In this document: one piece after another, positions 58,594-64,000 of the stretch
Layout of the letters: each line of letters begins with the position of its first letter
Position numbering within the stretch: the stretch's first letter is position 1
Assembly: GCA_965246885.1 (NCBI GenBank)
Contig: OZ251992.1
Coordinates: 2,912,001 to 2,976,000, forward strand
Origin: Abditibacterium sp.
GTDB taxonomy: Bacteria > Armatimonadota > Abditibacteriia > Abditibacteriales > Abditibacteriaceae
Length of the DNA stretch: 64,000 nt
Reading direction: 5' to 3'
Notes under the pieces: generated by a model
The model's database searches: none
Seen by the model: the letters and a program-made list of their open reading frames with translations, nothing else
What the model was told of the DNA's origin: nothing
Made by a program: the position numbers and the translations under genes

Positions 58594-59283
58594 ATGAGCA
58601 GAATCGGACTTTTGTTGTCGGGGTGCGGCGTGCAGGACGGATCGGAAATCTCTGAGGCCGTCCTGACGGTGTTGGCATTGGAGCGCGCGGGCGCGGACAT
58701 TCTGGCTATGGCGCCCGACGTCGAGCAAGCGCAAGTGTGGAACCACTACACCGGTCAGGAAGCGCGTAACGATGGACGGGACGTCTTGGCTGAAAGCGCG
58801 CGCCTCGTGCGCGGTAAAATCGTCTCCATTAATACCGTCGGCGCCGCCGATATAGACGCCCTCATCCTCGTGGGCGGCTACGGCGCCGTCAAGAACCTCT
58901 GCACTTATACCCTTAACGGCACCGGCGCAACGGTCAACCCGGAAGTCGAGCGGCTCATCTCCCAGTTGCACGGCTTGGGTAAACCCATCGGCGCCATGTG
59001 CATCGCGCCCGTTGTCGTTGCGCTCGTGTTAGAACCGCAAAAACGGGCCACGCCCCTCGCCATGACCATTGGGAGCGACGCGAACACGGCCCGCGATTTG
59101 GGCATCCTGAACGTCAAACACATGGAAGCGCGCGCCGACCAAATCTGCATAGACGACGCCAACAACCTCGTTACCACGCCCGCATGGATGAGCGCCGCGT
59201 CCGTCGCCGACTGCGAAGTGGGCATCACCAAACTCGTCAACGAAGTGGTGGAGCGCGTGCAGAAGTTGAACCGGCTGGTTTGA
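58594..59283 (+). CDS. elbB: DJ-1/PfpI family glyoxalase ElbB
   Basis: LSGCGVQDGSEI.E, ESAR..RG, GG.GAVKNL, MCIAP, VTTPAWM. Confidence 0.92.
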   Translation: MSRIGLLLSGCGVQDGSEISEAVLTVLALERAGADILAMAPDVEQAQVWNHYTGQEARNDGRDVLAESARLVRGKIVSINTVGAADIDALILVGGYGAVKNLCTYTLNGTGATVNPEVERLISQLHGLGKPIGAMCIAPVVVALVLEPQKRATPLAMTIGSDANTARDLGILNVKHMEARADQICIDDANNLVTTPAWMSAASVADCEVGITKLVNEVVERVQKLNRLV

Positions 59284-59318
59284 AGAGAGGCGAACAAGCA
59301 AGCCCGCCCGCGTGCCTG

Positions 59319-60110
59319 CTACCGGAGCGTTCTCAGATCAGCAGTCGCTTTCTCAAAGGATTGCCTGGCGGCTTGTGCCCGCTGCAAAAAGGGGCCAAGG
59401 TTGCGCAGGTCGCCCGTCGTGTTCATCTTGTCCAGAAACAGAACGGTGTTTTGGGACTCAACGAAAGCAGCGCGCAAATCACCATGAAAGCGCCGCAATC
59501 GCGGCGGGGGTTGCATGCGCGCGAAGCGGGACACGATGCCCCGATTCTGCGTTAGAAAAGCCGAGGTAAGTGTTCGCCCTGCCATCAAATGCGTGCGGAT
59601 GTCGCCATTGGAGCCTTGGCTTTGTTGATTAACCTCCCGTAGCTTAAGCCCAAGGTTCAGCAAGTTCCCAACGCCCTCTTGGAGCAAGGGATACACCTCC
59701 TCCAGATAGCTCCGCTCCGCGTCATTGGCGCCAAGTGGCAACGCTCCGTTGGAAGAAGGAGCCACTGCTGCTGCCTTGGACGCTGTGCCGTCGGTGGGGT
59801 CGGCGATGTAACCCGCTTCTTCGGCATCAGCGACGTTGGCGAAGCCAATGACCCGGCTGGCGGGCTGACGCATCATGTTCGGCGACGAGGGGATGTGGTA
59901 ATACGTATCGAGGTCGGTCGAGACGAACTTCCACACGCCGCCTGCTATCTTGTAGCGGTCGTCGGGCAGATAATGCGCGAGGTAGTTCGCAGGCGGGCGC
60001 ACTTTGAGGCGGGCCGCTTCAATGGCGGACGGGCCAAGGCCATGCGGGTTGGCGGAGGCGCTTCCGGCGCCAAAGGCAACGAGGGCGAGCAAAGGCAGAA
60101 TGGGTTTCAT
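59319..60110 (-). CDS. Secreted hypothetical protein with Cys-less Ada-metal-binding-like domain
   Basis: Signal peptide; YLP.DRYK...WK.VST....YY.P......RVIGF....A..AGY..DP shared with the neighbouring gene. Confidence 0.65.
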   Translation of the reverse strand: MKPILPLLALVAFGAGSASANPHGLGPSAIEAARLKVRPPANYLAHYLPDDRYKIAGGVWKFVSTDLDTYYHIPSSPNMMRQPASRVIGFANVADAEEAGYIADPTDGTASKAAAVAPSSNGALPLGANDAERSYLEEVYPLLQEGVGNLLNLGLKLREVNQQSQGSNGDIRTHLMAGRTLTSAFLTQNRGIVSRFARMQPPPRLRRFHGDLRAAFVESQNTVLFLDKMNTTGDLRNLGPFLQRAQAARQSFEKATADLRTLR

Positions 60111-60119
60111 GGCTGACTC

Positions 60120-61289
60120 TTAGTTGTTGCCGGGCACATTCGCCAGTTTCCCGGCGCGGTTCCCGAACGCGTTGAAGTCGTCGGTGCGTTTGTCGGCGGT
60201 GCCGCTTGTGTCGGGCGCCGTCGAAGTTTGGGGGCCGCCGCCAGCAGTTGGCCCGTTGGATGTCATGCCCGGCATCCCCATTTGCCCACCCATCGGGCCA
60301 CCCGGCCCCGTTTTGACAACGGTTGTCACCCGGATGGGGCCTTGCGAGTTAAAGGTTGTCGGGATGATCGAAGTGTCGCCGGTCACGCTCGCTTCCAGCA
60401 CTTTGGCGACCGTCGGGCCAATGTAAGCCCGTGCCCGCGTGCGGTAAAGCGTCCGATAAACGGAGTAAGCGTAGTTCGTCGTGCCCGCGAGCGATTCGGG
60501 TGAAATCTGGCCCGCATACACGTACTCGACGTAGGTGTAAAGCTCCGGCCCGCGATACAAGCGCGCCAGTTGCGCGATCTGCGCTCCCGGTGCGGGCTTG
60601 GAAATCGGGTCGGGGCGATACCCCGCGAGGAGGGCGTCCTGATACGTGTAAAAGCCGATGACCCGATTGGGGTTGAAGCGCCGCCCAGCGAGGGCTTGGG
60701 GCGTGAAGTAGAAGCGGGTGTCTTCGGTCGAGACATACTTCCACATCGTGTTCAGCTTGTAGCGGTCTTGCGGCAGATAAGCCGCTTTGTAACCGACACC
60801 AGCGATGTGGTACTTCGCGTTGATGGCCCGCGAGCGGGAGCGCCTGCCTTGGCGCGCGACGCGCGCTGAGTATAAGGCTTGCCCGCGCGCCGACCGGCGG
60901 CGCCGTCCGACCGTTGGCAAGGAACGCCCGCGCGCGCCCATCAGTTCGCCGACGAACTCCTCGCCCGTCGTGCCAAAGCTCTGCGGCGCGAAGGGCGCCG
61001 ACCGGGGGGCCGGAGCCGCCGCTTGCCCTCCTCTGGACAATGCGCCTCCTCCTGCGCCCGTCGTTTGCGATGGGTCGCCCATATCATCTATGGGGCCATT
61101 CGAGCCGCCCTTGACGCCGCGCGTGATGCGCCCCGACGACAAGCTGCCCGCGCCAATGGCGCCCATCGTCGCGCCCATCGCGCCCGCCGCGCCCAACCCC
61201 GCCATCGTTTCTTGCGCCCGCGCGCCCACCATCGGAGCGCACACAAGCGCCGCGCCCAGCCAAAATCGAAGCTGTAAATTGGTTTTCAT
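60120..61289 (-). CDS. Secreted hypothetical protein, paralogue of the downstream gene
   Basis: Signal peptide (ARA-Q); same shared domain; Gly/Arg-rich flanks. Confidence 0.65.
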   Translation of the reverse strand: MKTNLQLRFWLGAALVCAPMVGARAQETMAGLGAAGAMGATMGAIGAGSLSSGRITRGVKGGSNGPIDDMGDPSQTTGAGGGALSRGGQAAAPAPRSAPFAPQSFGTTGEEFVGELMGARGRSLPTVGRRRRSARGQALYSARVARQGRRSRSRAINAKYHIAGVGYKAAYLPQDRYKLNTMWKYVSTEDTRFYFTPQALAGRRFNPNRVIGFYTYQDALLAGYRPDPISKPAPGAQIAQLARLYRGPELYTYVEYVYAGQISPESLAGTTNYAYSVYRTLYRTRARAYIGPTVAKVLEASVTGDTSIIPTTFNSQGPIRVTTVVKTGPGGPMGGQMGMPGMTSNGPTAGGGPQTSTAPDTSGTADKRTDDFNAFGNRAGKLANVPGNN

Positions 61290-61358
61290 GCCGTTAGAAC
61301 TCCCTCCAATCTTATCACTTTGCGGCGGAATTTGGGAGGGGCAGTGCCGCGTTGCCTC

Positions 61359-63200
61359 TTACCCCTCCCCGCCCCCATCCATCCCGCCGCCGCCGTTCAG
61401 CAGACCTCCGAGCATTTGTGTCAAATCTCCTGCCGCGCCTGCGCCGATGTCCTGCGCGCCGTGCGCCCCCTCGATCCAACGGGTATAAAGCGCCTCGATG
61501 GATGCTCGCTTGTCCGGCGCGCGCTCCTCCATGAGGCCGCGCAGCGTCTTGGGGCCAGCGAGATGGTCATTGTAGCGCGCGTAATAGTCCCGCAACGCGC
61601 CAAAAAACGCCGCGTCTCCCACGAGCGCGCGCAGGTGGTCGTAGAACAGCGCCGCTTTGCCATACACAACGGCGCCGTATTGCAAGTTGCCCGTATACGC
61701 GTCGGTCGGCAGGTTCGCGGGAGCGTCGCCCCCGCCCAGCGCCGCGCCCATCGAATACGCGGTCTTGAGGTGCACATCCCGCATCTGCTCAGCGCGCTCC
61801 CGCCCGTATCTATCCTCGAAATACAGCATGGAACTCCAGTTCGTGAGCGACTCGTCCACCCAAGGGTCGCGCTGCGAATCGCTACCGACTCCGATGGCCC
61901 ACCACTGGTGCGCGACCTCGTGGGCGATTGTCTCCTCGAACAGCGAATCGAGCGCGGCCTTTTGACTCCCGATGAGACCCCCAATCAGGTCGCTCGCGCC
62001 GCCCGTTTCCTTGGATATCGTCGCCGCGCCTGCTCCTGCCGCGTCGGGGTCAAGTTGCGCCAGCAACCCTTCCGCGCCGGGCAAGTTCAGGCTCGTAATC
62101 ATGGCCCCCAACTGCTGGCTCATCGGCTCATACACGCTCGACGCGATGCCCACCATGCGCGAATACTCCATGCCGCCCGCGCCACCCTTCATCGGCGCCT
62201 CGACCAGCTTGAACTCGCCAAAGGGATACGCGCCGAACCGCTTGGAATAGATTTGCAGCGCGCTTGCCGCGATGTCGGTCGCTTCGGCCAAGCGCGCCGC
62301 GTGTTCTTTGAGGCCAAACGCCGTCACGGTGACGGGACGCTCGCCAATTTGGATGGTCTTCGAGTGCGCCACGAACTCGCGCGAGGCCAACAGCGCGCAG
62401 TCGCGCACATCGTCCGCCGCGATCTCCACATGGGTGCCCGTGCGCGTGACGGTTCCCGGCCCGACCACCGTCCAGTCGGCGGGCGCGTCCAGCGCGACAT
62501 GGTAGTCGCTCTTCTGGGCGTAGGCGACATCGCCCAAGCCGGACGGCGGCGCGTCCACCCATTTGCCGTTCCGCCTAACCGCGAGCGTGGGACTCCAAAA
62601 CGACCCCAGACTTACTATCTGCGGCGTCGCGGTATACAAACCGTAATCGGTATTCTTCGGCTTTTCTGCGGGGGTCTTCCCCCCGCCGCCCATGCCCAAT
62701 AAGCCGGACACGTCGGTGCCCATCAACCCCGCCATGCCCGACTCCGCTTGCGAGCGCGGCACCAAACCGTGATAGCGCACCTGCACCTGCACCGTTTGGC
62801 TTTGCGGCGCGGAGAACTTCACCTTCAAGACCGGGCCAACAAGCGTCCAATCGGCGTGCTGACCGTTTACTGTTACGGCGTCCACCACCAGATTGCGCTG
62901 CGTTTTGCTGGCACCGCCCACGCCGTCCGCGTTCGCGTAAAGGAAAAACGAGGCATCGGACAACGGGTCGCGCGCATCGGCGGGCACGTTTATGGTCGCG
63001 GTCGCCGACAGCGTCAGCAGTTCCCAGTCCATATGAAGCGCGAGGTCGTAGCGGGGCCGCTCGCTTGGGGCAACCGCAACTGGAGCGGGAGCGGCATGAG
63101 CACGCAGAAACGGCGCGGCCAGCCCCGCCGCGATGCAGGGTACAAAACAAAGCGAGAACAGCCGGACGCGGCGGCGCTTTTGCGGGGAAAGTGAAATCAT
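61359..63200 (-). CDS. Secreted M1 family aminopeptidase
   Basis: GGMEY, HEVAHQWW...DE zinc motif, VYGK; signal peptide ending in AHA. Confidence 0.9.
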   Translation of the reverse strand: MISLSPQKRRRVRLFSLCFVPCIAAGLAAPFLRAHAAPAPVAVAPSERPRYDLALHMDWELLTLSATATINVPADARDPLSDASFFLYANADGVGGASKTQRNLVVDAVTVNGQHADWTLVGPVLKVKFSAPQSQTVQVQVRYHGLVPRSQAESGMAGLMGTDVSGLLGMGGGGKTPAEKPKNTDYGLYTATPQIVSLGSFWSPTLAVRRNGKWVDAPPSGLGDVAYAQKSDYHVALDAPADWTVVGPGTVTRTGTHVEIAADDVRDCALLASREFVAHSKTIQIGERPVTVTAFGLKEHAARLAEATDIAASALQIYSKRFGAYPFGEFKLVEAPMKGGAGGMEYSRMVGIASSVYEPMSQQLGAMITSLNLPGAEGLLAQLDPDAAGAGAATISKETGGASDLIGGLIGSQKAALDSLFEETIAHEVAHQWWAIGVGSDSQRDPWVDESLTNWSSMLYFEDRYGRERAEQMRDVHLKTAYSMGAALGGGDAPANLPTDAYTGNLQYGAVVYGKAALFYDHLRALVGDAAFFGALRDYYARYNDHLAGPKTLRGLMEERAPDKRASIEALYTRWIEGAHGAQDIGAGAAGDLTQMLGGLLNGGGGMDGGGEG

Positions 63201-64000
63201 GTTGGAAGCTCTTTTGTTCGACTTGGACGGGACACTTATCAAGACCAATAACCAGCACGCGCGGGCGTTCGAGCGCGCTTTTGCCGACTTCGGGTATGCC
63301 ATCCCCGCCGAACGCATTGAAATCGAGATTGGCAAGGGCGCCGACCAACTCATCCCGGCCCTGCTGGGCGCCCAAGCGGAAGCCAAGGATGGAGACGCGC
63401 TCCGCAAAGCGTGGGAGCGTCATTTCTTGGACATCATCGGCAAAGAAAAGGTCGCGGTCTGCGCAGGCGCGCTTGAACTGTTGGCCGCATGCCGGGAGGA
63501 CGGGTTGCGCCTCGCCCTCGCCACGTCGGGCGCGGAATCCGTCTTGGAAGCGTTGGAAGACGCGAGCGGTGTCGCGTGGCGCCGCGAGTTCGAGGTCGTT
63601 ACCACCTCGAAGGATGCGCCCGCCTCCAAGCCCGCGCCGCATATCCTGTTGGCGGCGTTGCAAAAGCTGGGCATATCGGGCGCCGTGTGCGCGATGGTGG
63701 GCGACACGCCTTACGACGCCCTCGCTTCGCGCGGCGCGGGGGTGGCCTGCCTCGGCGTCGAAACGGGCGGACACGCGCCCGACGACCTGCGCGAAGCCGG
63801 ATGCCGCGCCGTCTACGCCGACACCGCCGCCCTGCTCGCCGACTTGGGCGGCGCCCTGCGCGTCGCGTCGCCGCTCGACTTTGAGCTATCCAGCGCCCGC
63901 ATGGAAGACATGATGCGCGAAGCCCTCGTGCAATCCCGCGCCGCGTTGAAAGCGGGCGAACTGCCTTTGGGCGCCGTTGTATTGAATGGGCGCGGCGACT
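63199..64000 (+). CDS. HAD family hydrolase fused to a nucleoside deaminase (TadA-like) domain; runs off the window
   Basis: Not in the ORF track. ATG 63199 gives MLEALLFDLDGTL, ATS, KP.P, VGDTPYD; same frame continues MMREALVQSRAALKAGELPLGAVV from about 63901. Confidence 0.85.
   Translation, partial: MLEALLFDLDGTLIKTNNQHARAFERAFADFGYAIPAERIEIEIGKGADQLIPALLGAQAEAKDGDALRKAWERHFLDIIGKEKVAVCAGALELLAACREDGLRLALATSGAESVLEALEDASGVAWRREFEVVTTSKDAPASKPAPHILLAALQKLGISGAVCAMVGDTPYDALASRGAGVACLGVETGGHAPDDLREAGCRAVYADTAALLADLGGALRVASPLDFELSSARMEDMMREALVQSRAALKAGELPLGAVVLNGRGD

Overview
GC-rich bacterial chromosomal window. The gene content (DUF1559/H-X9-DG prepilin-like proteins, DUF5693, mqnD, ppdK) suggests an Armatimonadota/Abditibacteriota-like organism; this is inference only. 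Housekeeping genes include folC, ppdK, argC, rbfA-nrnA-truB-ribF, mqnD, elbB and tRNA-Asn. Accessory blocks are: (1) a redox/efflux cluster at 6.9-11.8 kb; (2) an atypical GrpE / lidless Hsp70 / HPD-less J-like membrane protein operon at 15.8-19.1 kb, converging on a secreted Kelch-LTD protein and an orphan lasso-type leader peptide; (3) a decaying, tRNA-Asn-anchored island at about 24.5-37.6 kb. In the island, two pseudopilins, a lipoprotein, two GH16-type enzymes, an ADP-ribosylglycohydrolase-fold protein and a LacI regulator share four copies of the palindrome GTGACWGTCAC, three of them directly behind a -10 box. This is the best candidate for an undescribed system: a pilin-based glycan utilisation regulon. 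The window also holds a type IIG restriction-modification fusion with an AT-richer specificity region, a HicBA pair, four intergenic 21-bp-period arrays, REP-like inverted repeats, two paralogous secreted proteins with a Cys-less Ada-like domain, and a HAD-deaminase fusion at the right edge. All calls come from motif recognition by eye; no searches were run.
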